Position numbers and translations under genes: made by a program
Shown: positions 47,166 through 56,293 of the stretch, in pieces
How positions within the stretch are numbered: the stretch's first letter is position 1
Layout: each line of letters begins with the position of its first letter
From: an uncultured delta proteobacterium
GTDB taxonomy: Bacteria > Desulfobacterota > Desulfobacteria > Desulfobacterales > JAFDCJ01
Length of the DNA: 64,000 nucleotides
Direction of reading: 5' to 3'
Assembly: GCA_963769935.1 (NCBI GenBank)
Contig: CAVYNY010000028.1
Location: 99,808 to 163,807 of the forward strand
The notes under the pieces: generated by a model
What the model was told of the DNA's origin: nothing
The model's input: only the letters and a program-made list of their open reading frames with translations
Database searches by the model: none

Positions 47166-48011
47166 ATGAAAAAATCTGCGTTGGCCTTCATCTCCGCTGT
47201 TGTCTTCTGCCTGGTGGCGGGAGCTGCCGACATGCCGAAAAACCTGCACCTGTATGACATCAATCGAGGCCAGGAAATCTCGTTGGCCGAAGCCATACCG
47301 GCGCTGAAACAAAATCGAATCATACTGATCGGAGAACATCACGACAACAAAAAAAACCATGCGGCTCAATTGATTATCATTCGGGCGCTTGAAGAATCCG
47401 GCGCACAGGTGGCCGTCGGACTGGAAATGTTCAGAAGTGACAGCCAGCAGGCGCTGGATCGCTGGGTTGCCGGCAAGCTGAACGCCTCGGAATTCAAGAA
47501 AATTTATTATGACAACTGGAGTTATCCCTGGTCGGACTATGGGATGATTTTGGATTATGCCAGAGAAGCGAAGATTCCGTTGATCGGTCTCAACGTTCCC
47601 ATGGAAATCCCCCGCCAGGTCGCGCAGCAGGGATTTCAATCGCTCGACAAGGCGCAAAGAGAAAAGCTGTCCAATATCACCTGCCGGGTCGATCAGGCGT
47701 ACATGGATTACATTAAAAAGGCTTTTGGCGCCCATGCCCACGGCAACCTCAACTTCACCTATTTTTGTGAAGCTCAGCTGGTGTGGGATAATGTTATGGC
47801 CATCAATGCGCTCGCGTACCTGGATAAAAACCCGGAGGCACTCGTTGTCGTACTGACAGGAGCCGGACACGCCCGGAAAGATGCCATCCCGCAACAAATC
47901 CGCAAACGTTCGCAAGTCGCCTGTGCGGTCATTTTACCGGAAGTAAAAAGTATTATTGATCCAGGAACTGTCGATAAACAGGATGCAGATTATATTGTAA
48001 TGGGCTTATAA
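47166..48011 (+). CDS. ChaN family (heme-binding / EreA-TIKI-like) protein
   Basis: ILIGEHHD, VGLEMF, AQLVWDNVMA, GAGH. Confidence 0.88.
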   Translation: MKKSALAFISAVVFCLVAGAADMPKNLHLYDINRGQEISLAEAIPALKQNRIILIGEHHDNKKNHAAQLIIIRALEESGAQVAVGLEMFRSDSQQALDRWVAGKLNASEFKKIYYDNWSYPWSDYGMILDYAREAKIPLIGLNVPMEIPRQVAQQGFQSLDKAQREKLSNITCRVDQAYMDYIKKAFGAHAHGNLNFTYFCEAQLVWDNVMAINALAYLDKNPEALVVVLTGAGHARKDAIPQQIRKRSQVACAVILPEVKSIIDPGTVDKQDADYIVMGL

Positions 48012-48059
48012 GAATTGTCAGTACATAAATCACAAATCGCAAACAACAAAGAAAGGTAT

Positions 48060-48611
48060 ATGTTGAAAACCTGTATGAACTTTTGCAGCAACTGCGGCCA
48101 ACCGCTGACATACCTCAAACCGCCGGGAGATGATCGCTCCCGGTACTGCTGTGAGACCTGCGGTGTCGTTCATTATCAGAATCCGTTGATGGTGGTGGGA
48201 TGTATTCCCGAAATGGAGCACAAAATTTTACTTTGCCGGCGGGCCATTGCGCCCTGCTACGGAAAATGGACATTGCCGGCGGGGTATCTGGAAAACGGTG
48301 AAACGGTTGCCGATGGTGCCAAACGCGAAGCTTTCGAAGAGGCGCGCGCCAGGGTTGAAATATTGGCTCCTTATGCGTTATATAATATCTGCTATGTTAA
48401 CCAGCTATATTTGATGTTCCGTGCGCGTCTGGAAAACGATAATTTCCGCGCCGGCAGCGAAAGTCTCGTGGTCCGCCTTTTTTCTGAAGACGATATCCCC
48501 TGGGATGAAATAGCCTTCCGTGTAATCAAGGAGACGCTTAAAAAGTATTTCACGGACCGTCGAACCGGACGATTTCCATTTTATATGGGAAACATTTCAA
48601 AATTACAATAA
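48060..48611 (+). CDS. NUDIX hydrolase with N-terminal zinc ribbon
   Basis: FCSNCG...CETCG..HYQNP; GYLENGETVADGAKREAFEEA Nudix box. Confidence 0.92.
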   Translation: MLKTCMNFCSNCGQPLTYLKPPGDDRSRYCCETCGVVHYQNPLMVVGCIPEMEHKILLCRRAIAPCYGKWTLPAGYLENGETVADGAKREAFEEARARVEILAPYALYNICYVNQLYLMFRARLENDNFRAGSESLVVRLFSEDDIPWDEIAFRVIKETLKKYFTDRRTGRFPFYMGNISKLQ

Positions 48612-48630
48612 CGATTGATGAGGTCTTTTC

Positions 48631-49371
48631 ATGAAATTTGAAAATCTTCGGAAAGGGCCGTTTAAAGCTGCGACCCTCTGGATTGCATTAATGGTCTGGC
48701 TTCTGCCGGCCCTATTATCCTGCAGTGACAAAAGAGAGCCCGCCGAAAAGGCAGCGCTTCCTGCGACTACCGAAAGCTTCACCTTTTTCGATATCGGCCG
48801 GACTACGAAGTTTTCCGATCAAGTCAGGGACGAATTGGGAGCAAAGCTCGGCCGCGATGCCATCGAACGCCGCGATATCCTGGATTTGGAGATTAACTAC
48901 CAGGGGTTCTTAAAAAAATATTTTCCGGCATTGGATGCGCTCAATCAGCAGCTTAATTTCCCGCCCCGGGAAAGGGTCGAGCACAATACGGTAAAACTTA
49001 TGTACCGCTATGCTCAGAAACAGAATGTGCCCTTCGATTATGTCGAGCTTGTTTTCTCGGGGTACACCCAAACGCCCATCATGTTTAAAATTAATTTCAA
49101 AAAAGATGAAGCCAACATCATCGGTACGCTGAAGAAAAAATACGGAAATCCAAAAACCATCGACTGGAAGGAAAATAACGGCCAATCCATGTACTGGGAA
49201 AAAGATGCCGACTTTTTGATCGCATCCCTCGTGCCCGACCAGTTCGGCCATCATGAATATCAAATCAACATTTATTATGTCGATAACCTAAAACAGCTTA
49301 TTGACACCGAGAGAAAAGAAAAAGAAGAAAAGGAACGGCAACGCGAAAAGACCGGAAAAACAGCGTTTTGA
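48631..49371 (+). CDS. Hypothetical lipoprotein
   Basis: Lipobox-like LLSC after a hydrophobic stretch. Confidence 0.7.
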   Translation: MKFENLRKGPFKAATLWIALMVWLLPALLSCSDKREPAEKAALPATTESFTFFDIGRTTKFSDQVRDELGAKLGRDAIERRDILDLEINYQGFLKKYFPALDALNQQLNFPPRERVEHNTVKLMYRYAQKQNVPFDYVELVFSGYTQTPIMFKINFKKDEANIIGTLKKKYGNPKTIDWKENNGQSMYWEKDADFLIASLVPDQFGHHEYQINIYYVDNLKQLIDTERKEKEEKERQREKTGKTAF

Positions 49372-49394
49372 GGACGGGTATGAGCGGAAAAAAC

Positions 49395-50008
49395 TCCGGT
49401 TTCAGGTTCCAGGTGTTCCGCCGCGGACCGCCGGCCAAAACAACGGCCGGTCTGATCATAAAAGAAACTTTTGGAAATCGGACACAGTTGGATTTAATAT
49501 CACGCCCACTTTCAGGCTTCGCTCTTCGAGCTACGACCCGACAAGCCGTTAGTGCTCACAGAGACCGCAGAGAACATTTTTCTTTCGCCGCAGGCGGCTG
49601 TAAACCCAGACCTCTGTGATCTCTGAGCGCTCTGTGTGAGATGTAGTTTCATACGAGGTTTCGGGTGTCAGCAAAGAGGGAACGAAAGGCAGAGGACAGC
49701 GGTGTGTGAATTCGGAAGGCGGAAGAGTGAAGAAGTGGGAAGATGGGAGGTGAGAAAGTGAGCGGATAGGAAGCCAAGAAGGTGGGAAGGTGAGAAGTTG
49801 GGAAGCGGGGATGCTTGGAGGCTGGAAAGCCGATAAACTGCAAACCTAAACACCAAAGGAGTGCAAGCCGGCCAACCTAAACCCTGAACCTTTGTCCTTT
49901 TACCTTTGTCCTTTTACCTTTCTCCTTTTACCTTCCTTCAACCTTCCTTCAACCCAATCAACTTAGTCAACTTAACCAACCTGATCAACTCATCAAAACA
50001 ATAAACTC
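49395..50008. repeat. Mosaic short-unit intergenic repeat cluster
   Basis: CCGGCC/GGCCGG module, CTCACAGAG...CTCTGTGTGAG inverted repeat, GGAAG(G/A)TG 8-mers, CCTTT(G/T)(T/A) 7-mers, TCAAC 9-mers. Confidence 0.75.
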
Positions 50009-50022
50009 CATTATCCAGCATC

Positions 50023-51249
50023 ATGAATCAAATTCTTCGCATTTCCAATTTTTTGGGCCTCCAGCGCAGCACAATCGGCATGCTTTTCATGGTCATCCTG
50101 GTAGGTATGGGAGAGCGGATGGCCGAGCGGTTTCTGCCGATTTATTTGATGGCCCTGGGCGGCGGCCCCATCGTTATCGGGCTTCTCAATGGTTTGGATA
50201 ATCTGCTTTCGGCCCTGTACGCCTTTCCGGGAGGATATTTATCCGACCGCCTGGGATTTAAAAAAGCACTGCTGGTCTTCAACCTGTTTGCGATGCTCGG
50301 CTACCTGGTGGTGATCGTCATCCCGGCCTGGCCGGCGGTGATCGTCGGCGCCCTGTTTTTTCTATCCTGGTCCGCCGTATCACTGCCGGCAACCATGAGC
50401 CTCGTTGCCCGAGTGCTTCCGATGAACAAGCGCACCATGGGTGTTTCCATGCATTCGCTGGTGCGTCGAATCCCAATGGCACTCGGTCCGATCATCGGCG
50501 GATTGTTTATTGGAATGTGGGGAGAAAAAGATGGCGTGCGTCTGGCATTTGTCGCTGCCCTGCTGCTAGCCGCTCTGGCAGCTGTCATGCAGCAGAAAAT
50601 GATCGAAGAGATTCCGGCCGCAGACCCCGCAACCAACCAAAACAGGAAACCCGAAAAAAATCCCCGCCGGCTGTTTCGAGAAATGTCGCCGGCCTTAAAA
50701 CGCCTGCTGGTTTCCGACATTCTGGTACGGTTCTGTGAACAAATTCCCTATGCCTTTGTTGTGGTCTGGTGCATGAAGACAATCACAGCGCCGATAACCG
50801 CTCTTCAATTCGGGATCCTAACCGGCATCGAGATGGTCACGGCAATGCTCGTCTACATCCCGGTGGCCTATTTCGCCGACCGCAGCACCAAAAAACCCTT
50901 TATTGTCACCACCTTTATATTTTTCACCCTTTTTCCTCTCGCACTTCTATTTGCCGATTCATTTGATTTGCTCGTATGGGCTTTTATTTTGAGAGGGCTG
51001 AAAGAATTCGGCGAACCCACCCGTAAAGCGCTTATTATGGACCTGGCGCCTGAGGACCGAAAAGCCGCCATGTTCGGACTTTACTACCTGTTGCGCGATG
51101 TGATCGTATCTCTGGCAGCCTTCGGGGGAGCCTTCCTCTGGCAAATCGGACCGCAGGTTAATTTTCTGACGGCCTTTGCGTTTGGTATACTGGGTACTAT
51201 TTTTTTTGCCGTAGAGGGGAAAGATCTTACAGCGGCAGCAGACGGATGA
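50023..51249 (+). CDS. MFS transporter
   Basis: GGYLSDRLGFKK motif A and about 12 hydrophobic segments. Confidence 0.92.
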   Translation: MNQILRISNFLGLQRSTIGMLFMVILVGMGERMAERFLPIYLMALGGGPIVIGLLNGLDNLLSALYAFPGGYLSDRLGFKKALLVFNLFAMLGYLVVIVIPAWPAVIVGALFFLSWSAVSLPATMSLVARVLPMNKRTMGVSMHSLVRRIPMALGPIIGGLFIGMWGEKDGVRLAFVAALLLAALAAVMQQKMIEEIPAADPATNQNRKPEKNPRRLFREMSPALKRLLVSDILVRFCEQIPYAFVVVWCMKTITAPITALQFGILTGIEMVTAMLVYIPVAYFADRSTKKPFIVTTFIFFTLFPLALLFADSFDLLVWAFILRGLKEFGEPTRKALIMDLAPEDRKAAMFGLYYLLRDVIVSLAAFGGAFLWQIGPQVNFLTAFAFGILGTIFFAVEGKDLTAAADG

Positions 51250-51352
51250 CCGAGAGGGTTTGAAGCCGGGAAGCTTAAAAGCAAGAAGTTGAGAAGCGAA
51301 GAAACGAAGAAGCGCGGAAGGAGGGATAAAGGGCAGAGGGCAGAGAGTAAGG

Positions 51353-51552
51353 GCATAGCGTAAAAAAGAGGGCGTTGATTAGTTGACAGGTTGAATAGTT
51401 GATTAAGTATAAATAAAGATTTGATTCAATTTATGAACCCAATCAACTCAATAAACCCAATAAACTCAACAAACATTCTCCCTGAAACTCGCAACTCAAA
51501 CCTTTCTCCTTTTGCCTTTTCCTTTAGCCTTTTTTCAATCAACCCAATCAAC
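51353..51552 (+). repeat. About 200-bp mosaic repeat, left arm of an inverted pair
   Basis: First 60 nt match the reverse complement of 54881-54940 at 59/60. Confidence 0.85.
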
Positions 51553-51647
51553 AATTAATCCGCCGGACCTTCAATCTATCGACTTTCTTCAATTTTCACA
51601 GACTACTTCACGAACCTGGATGTACTATCATTAGGGGCGGATTAATT
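51553..51647 (+). repeat. 95-bp terminal-inverted-repeat element, copy D
   Basis: Perfect 12-bp TIR AATTAATCCGCC / GGCGGATTAATT. Confidence 0.8.
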
Positions 51648-51722
51648 ATTTGACATGCCCGGTGCTTTATAATATCTTCCATCATCCGAAACCAATGGTG
51701 CATCGTCTGCGCGGAGGGGGAA

Positions 51723-52169
51723 GTGAAAGAAAAAGTCAGAAAGCTGGATGATCGGACAGTCGAGGTGAATCTGCCGAACGTAAACGGTTACGAGCGCATT
51801 GCCATGGAGTGCTCGGCTTCCTTTGCCAGAATCGGTGGGCTGGTAAAAGAGCGCATCGAAGATTTGAAAACTGCCGTTTCGGAAGCCTGTCTCAACGCTA
51901 TGGAACACGGAAACAAGGGACGGCCTGAGTCCAGGGTGGTCGTTACCATGAATCTTAGCGAGAAAAATTTTAACGTTTCGGTAATGGATGAGGGTGCCGG
52001 CATACCGGTTATCCCGCAAGGGATTGACATAAAAAGAAAAGTAGAAAACCTGGAACCTCCAAACGGGTTGGGATTATTTTTAATTCAAAAGCTTGTCGAT
52101 CAGGTTGAATTCAACGAGATGACTGACGAAGGCCATGTGGTCAAAATGGTTCTCAAAATGGAAAACTAA
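51723..52169 (+). CDS. Anti-sigma factor Ser kinase (RsbW/SpoIIAB-like)
   Basis: LKTAVSEACLNAMEHGN, DEGAG, GLGLFLIQKLVD. Confidence 0.92.
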   Translation: MKEKVRKLDDRTVEVNLPNVNGYERIAMECSASFARIGGLVKERIEDLKTAVSEACLNAMEHGNKGRPESRVVVTMNLSEKNFNVSVMDEGAGIPVIPQGIDIKRKVENLEPPNGLGLFLIQKLVDQVEFNEMTDEGHVVKMVLKMEN

Positions 52170-52183
52170 GGTACCGGCCGATT

Positions 52184-52534
52184 ATGGAACAAAAAAACGA
52201 GATCAAACTGGAACGGCAAAACAGCATCGCACTCATGCACATCCGGGGCGATATTACGGCCCAATCCGAACCCCATATCAATGGGGCCTATGCAGAGCTC
52301 AATGATCAGGGATCTGTCACGAAGATTCTTATCCAGTTTGAAGAAGCCGCCTACATAAACAGCGGCGGCATAGCGGTGCTCATCCAGATTCTGGCCCAAA
52401 CCAAGAAGAATAATCAGCAAATCGGCATCACCGGCCTCTCTGATCATTTCAAGAAAATTTTCGGTATGGTTGGGATTACCAAGTTCGCCGACATTTACAA
52501 TAACCTGCAGGAGGCTGTTGCATCGATGGCGTAA
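52184..52534 (+). CDS. STAS anti-anti-sigma factor (RsbV-like)
   Basis: IRGDI, YINSGGIAVL (phospho-acceptor Ser), IFGMVG. Confidence 0.92.
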   Translation: MEQKNEIKLERQNSIALMHIRGDITAQSEPHINGAYAELNDQGSVTKILIQFEEAAYINSGGIAVLIQILAQTKKNNQQIGITGLSDHFKKIFGMVGITKFADIYNNLQEAVASMA

Positions 52535-52575
52535 ATCCGGCAGGTTTGGATACTTGATTCAAATGGAGAATACCC

Positions 52576-53040
52576 ATGCCGCTGTCATCGATCTTCCTAT
52601 TCAAAGACCTCTCCGAGTCTCGTCTAAAAAGAATATCCGATACGGTAAAAGAAACCCGTGCTGAAAAAGGCCGTTGGCTGTTTCACGAGGGCAGCAGCGC
52701 TGACCGAATCTACGCGCTCAGAAGCGGCGCCGTTGAGCTGCTGACCAGAATCAATGATGATATCGAACTGCCGGTAAAAATCATCCGCAATGAAGGGGGA
52801 TGCTTTGGAATATCGGCTTTGATTCCTCCCTATCAATACAGTCTTTCGTCCCGCTGTGCGGAGGACGCCGTCCTTCTTGAAATCAGGCGCAAGGACATTG
52901 AAAAGCTGACTCAGGAAGACCACGCCCTGGGCTGCACCATAATGACCAATCTGGCGCAATATTTGCTCGAACGACTCAAGGAAACCAGGCAGGATTTAAA
53001 AATCCATTTTAAAACCCTTTTCCGGTCGATGCACACGTAA
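52576..53040 (+). CDS. Stand-alone cyclic-nucleotide-binding domain protein
   Basis: LFKDL, LFHEGSSADRIYALRSGAV, GGCFGISAL; no HTH. Confidence 0.88.
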   Translation: MPLSSIFLFKDLSESRLKRISDTVKETRAEKGRWLFHEGSSADRIYALRSGAVELLTRINDDIELPVKIIRNEGGCFGISALIPPYQYSLSSRCAEDAVLLEIRRKDIEKLTQEDHALGCTIMTNLAQYLLERLKETRQDLKIHFKTLFRSMHT

Positions 53041-53378
53041 CCGTATCGGCTGTTGTGTCCGTAAACATTAAAAAGGCGAACCGGAAAATAAATTATTTAG
53101 TAATTAAATGAATGGATTCAGTTAAATATTAAACAGTTTCCAAATCCAAGCTTCAATGATCCAGGATTTTTGAAATGGAGTAGTGGCGTAATAGATTAAC
53201 TTGGCAGAAAAGCCAGAGACCGCCTTAATCTGACTACCAATATCCTAGCTATTCCGAATCTAATTCACGACTTATTTGGAATTTGAGATTTAAACTGCTA
53301 AATTATAAGATACTCATACGGAAAAATGAATTGTTCATTAGAGTACTTGTTAACATACCCGTAACAGGTTATCTCAAA

Positions 53379-54665
53379 ATGGATCCTAAAGAAGAAATAA
53401 GGCAGCTTAAAGAATCTTTGAGGCAGGCCGAAGCGGTGCAGGCCGAACTCGATTTGAGAGTGTTCAATCTGAAAACGCTCTATGATGTCAGCAAAGACAT
53501 CTACGCCAGTGTGGAATCGGAAACAATCATCAGAAACTTCCTGCTGATGACCATGGGCAATTTTGGTGTTATGCAGGCGTTTATCCTGCTGACGAATGAA
53601 TTCTCCAAAGATGCCGACAAATTTGTCTCCGTGGGGTTTCAGGATGATCTGACCCAATCTCTGGAAAAAGATGCGCTCCGATACCTCGACCAAATATGCC
53701 TGGAGGACGCGCCGCGAAAGTTGAAACCGTCTGGCCATCACGATATTTTGCCGCCGGCGGTAGACTTATCACTGCCGTTTGCCGTAACGCAAGAATGTCC
53801 CGGCCTGCTTGGCCTGGGACCCAAACTGATTGGTGAACCTTACAATGAGAACGATATCGAACTGCTGAACACGCTGATCAACAACCTGGTGATCGCATTA
53901 AAGAACGCGCGCTCCTTTGAAGAAATCCGGCAGCTCAACCAGAATCTGCAATTTAAAAATGTGGAGCTCGAAAAGGCGCTCAAAGAACTCAAAGCCGCCT
54001 TGCGCAAGGTTGAAATTCTGGAAGGCATCAAAGCCAACCTGAGTAAATTCGTTCCCAGTACGGTCAGCCGATTGATCGAAAAATCACCCAACGGCGAAAT
54101 GCCCGGCGGCAAGGAGCAGGATGTCTCCATTCTGTTCCTCGATATTGAATCCTATACCAAAATTTGTGAACGACTCGGGGATGCGGAAATGAACGACATC
54201 ATCGAAAAGCATTTTTCCGTTTTCATGGACGCGATTTATGCCAATGACGGTGATGTCAATGAAACCGCCGGCGACGGTTTGATGGTGTTGTTCATGGACG
54301 CGGACAAAGTCCAAAACGCGCTGGGCGCGGTTCGCACCGCTCTTAAGATCCGTGACGACACCATCAAGATCGGTCGGGAGTGCCGGTCCCTTTACCGCCC
54401 GCTGGAAATCAACATGGGGATCAACTCGGGGACCGCGTATGTGGGTGCCGCCAAATTCGACAGCTACACCGGATCGCGCTGGACCTACACGGCCAGGGGG
54501 TCGATTACCAACGTCGCAGCCAGGATCGGGGCTCAGGCCAAGGGCGGCCAGATTTTCCTTTCACCCACAACAGCGGCCCGGATTAAAGATCAATTCACCC
54601 TCGCCCCCCTGGGCAAATTCAATTTAAAGAATGTTTCAGAAGAAGTCGAAATATTCGAAATATAA
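53379..54665 (+). CDS. GAF-like + coiled coil + class III nucleotide cyclase
   Basis: ILFLDIESYT, ETAGDGLM, MGINSG, YTARGSITNVAARI, LKN. Confidence 0.9.
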   Translation: MDPKEEIRQLKESLRQAEAVQAELDLRVFNLKTLYDVSKDIYASVESETIIRNFLLMTMGNFGVMQAFILLTNEFSKDADKFVSVGFQDDLTQSLEKDALRYLDQICLEDAPRKLKPSGHHDILPPAVDLSLPFAVTQECPGLLGLGPKLIGEPYNENDIELLNTLINNLVIALKNARSFEEIRQLNQNLQFKNVELEKALKELKAALRKVEILEGIKANLSKFVPSTVSRLIEKSPNGEMPGGKEQDVSILFLDIESYTKICERLGDAEMNDIIEKHFSVFMDAIYANDGDVNETAGDGLMVLFMDADKVQNALGAVRTALKIRDDTIKIGRECRSLYRPLEINMGINSGTAYVGAAKFDSYTGSRWTYTARGSITNVAARIGAQAKGGQIFLSPTTAARIKDQFTLAPLGKFNLKNVSEEVEIFEI

Positions 54666-54673
54666 GAGCAGTA

Positions 54674-54950
54674 AGTTTGTTGAGTTTATTGGGTTTATTG
54701 GGTTTATTGAGTTTGTTGAGTTTATTGGGTTTGTGAAGTTGGCTGGGTTGATTGAATGAAGGCTAAAGGTGAAAGGCAAAAGGATAAAGGTTTGGGTTCG
54801 GGTTGTGGGTTTCAGGGGGAGTGTTTATTGAGTTTGTTGGGTTTATTGAATCCATTGGTCTAATTCGATCAAATCCTTTTTTATACTTAATCAACTATTC
54901 AACCAGTCAACTAATCAACGCCCTCTTTTTTACGCTATGCGCTTTGCCCT
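54674..54950 (-). repeat. Mosaic repeat, right arm of the inverted pair, plus a (G/A)TTG(A/G)GTTT 9-mer array
   Basis: Reverse-complement homolog of 51353-51552. Confidence 0.85.
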
Positions 54951-55289
54951 TTCATCCAAGCTTTCAGGCCTCCCAGCAAATGTACCTTTAATCCCAAACC
55001 TTTCCCTCGCAACAATGTAACCATCTTAAATCATGGGTCATTTGGAGCCGACTTTCATATCCTGCAGCAAAAAAAATATAAGTGCTTTTTTTGCTTGATT
55101 CTGCATATCATCTAAGCTATAGGGAAAGTATCTGTTCTCATTTAGGTAGTACAACAGCTAATAGGCCCTGCTTTATTTTCTTCTTTGAAATCAACCGCAA
55201 AGCTGCACCGGCTTGAAGTCCTGGGGGGGAGTGAAAAGCCGGAACGGCACATGCGGAAAAAGCACGATTCGTGAGTAGCAATCGAATGC

Positions 55290-55462
55290 AATAAGATAAA
55301 GCCAACTCCTTGGGGATCAGGGGGCGGAAAGCCACGGGTCTAAGTTTCGTTGATTAGTTAACTGGTTAATTCGTTGAATCGTAAAAAAAGAGAAATATCC
55401 ATTAACATATTAACCATGTAGCTGATCCGCTGTTAACGAAGAAGATAGCCGGGTTGCCTTAA
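55290..55462 (+). promoter_or_regulatory. GEMM-I (c-di-GMP-I class) riboswitch with an about 95-nt P3 insertion
   Basis: TAAG-ATAAAGCCAA...GGGCGGAAAGCCACGGGTCT[insert]AGATAGCCGGGTTGC-CTTA. Confidence 0.8.
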
Positions 55463-55498
55463 TTGCATAAAAAATTAGGGCAATCCGGCTATTTTTTT
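55445..55498 (+). terminator. Riboswitch expression-platform terminator
   Basis: ATAGCCGGGTTGCCTTAATT / AATTAGGGCAATCCGGCTAT + T-run; overlaps the aptamer 3' strand. Confidence 0.8.
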
Positions 55499-56293
55499 GG
55501 AGCATTAAATATTCAATTTACAATCTTCAATTTTCAATTCCGGCTCGTCCGGATTAGGATGTTACCTAAAGTTCATAATTGTGGGTAGTCCGTTACATAG
55601 AGTTAAAGTAGATTAATTCGGTATACATTTATAATACATCGAAATTAGAAGTAAAAAAAAATTGATGCACTGGCTTGCATCTTGCACTTCTAATCGACGC
55701 TGTTCACTTATTTTCGGTAACAGTTTGTGTCCAACCCTAAGGTCTTTTAAAGACGTTGAATGTTTTTGATGGCAGAACGTATTGCGTGATTTTAACGCTG
55801 CAAGCGCGTTTTAAATAAACATTAGGCGGCTGATCCAATCGGGGATTTGGTTACATACCGCCTTCACATTCAATACGCTTTTTATAGTGGTAGTCTCTAT
55901 TTGATTAACTATAAAAAAGGGGAAGAAATTAAGGCCATCATTTAAGCCCTGATATGGCAAATTTAGGGGCGACCTTGGGGGGGACATGTTCCGGATCTAT
56001 GTTGGAATCACCGAAGTATTCTGTGGCAGTGGATCCTGCTGTTTTTAATCTTGCCAGCTATAAGTATCTCGCAATTGTCTCCGTTAACAAGTAGGTAGGT
56101 GTTGCAGACCACACGAATTGACCCTCTCTGATCCGATTCGCCCTATCTGTCGAAGGCTTTGAAGATAGTCAGTCTGTATGACAGGAGGTAATAATTTGGG
56201 ATTTAAAGGGGAGGCGTCGTCTGCATTCTTGGGGAAAATATCAACACTATTAGTATCGCCTTCCTTGAATACTCATATCCTTTGATCAAAATT

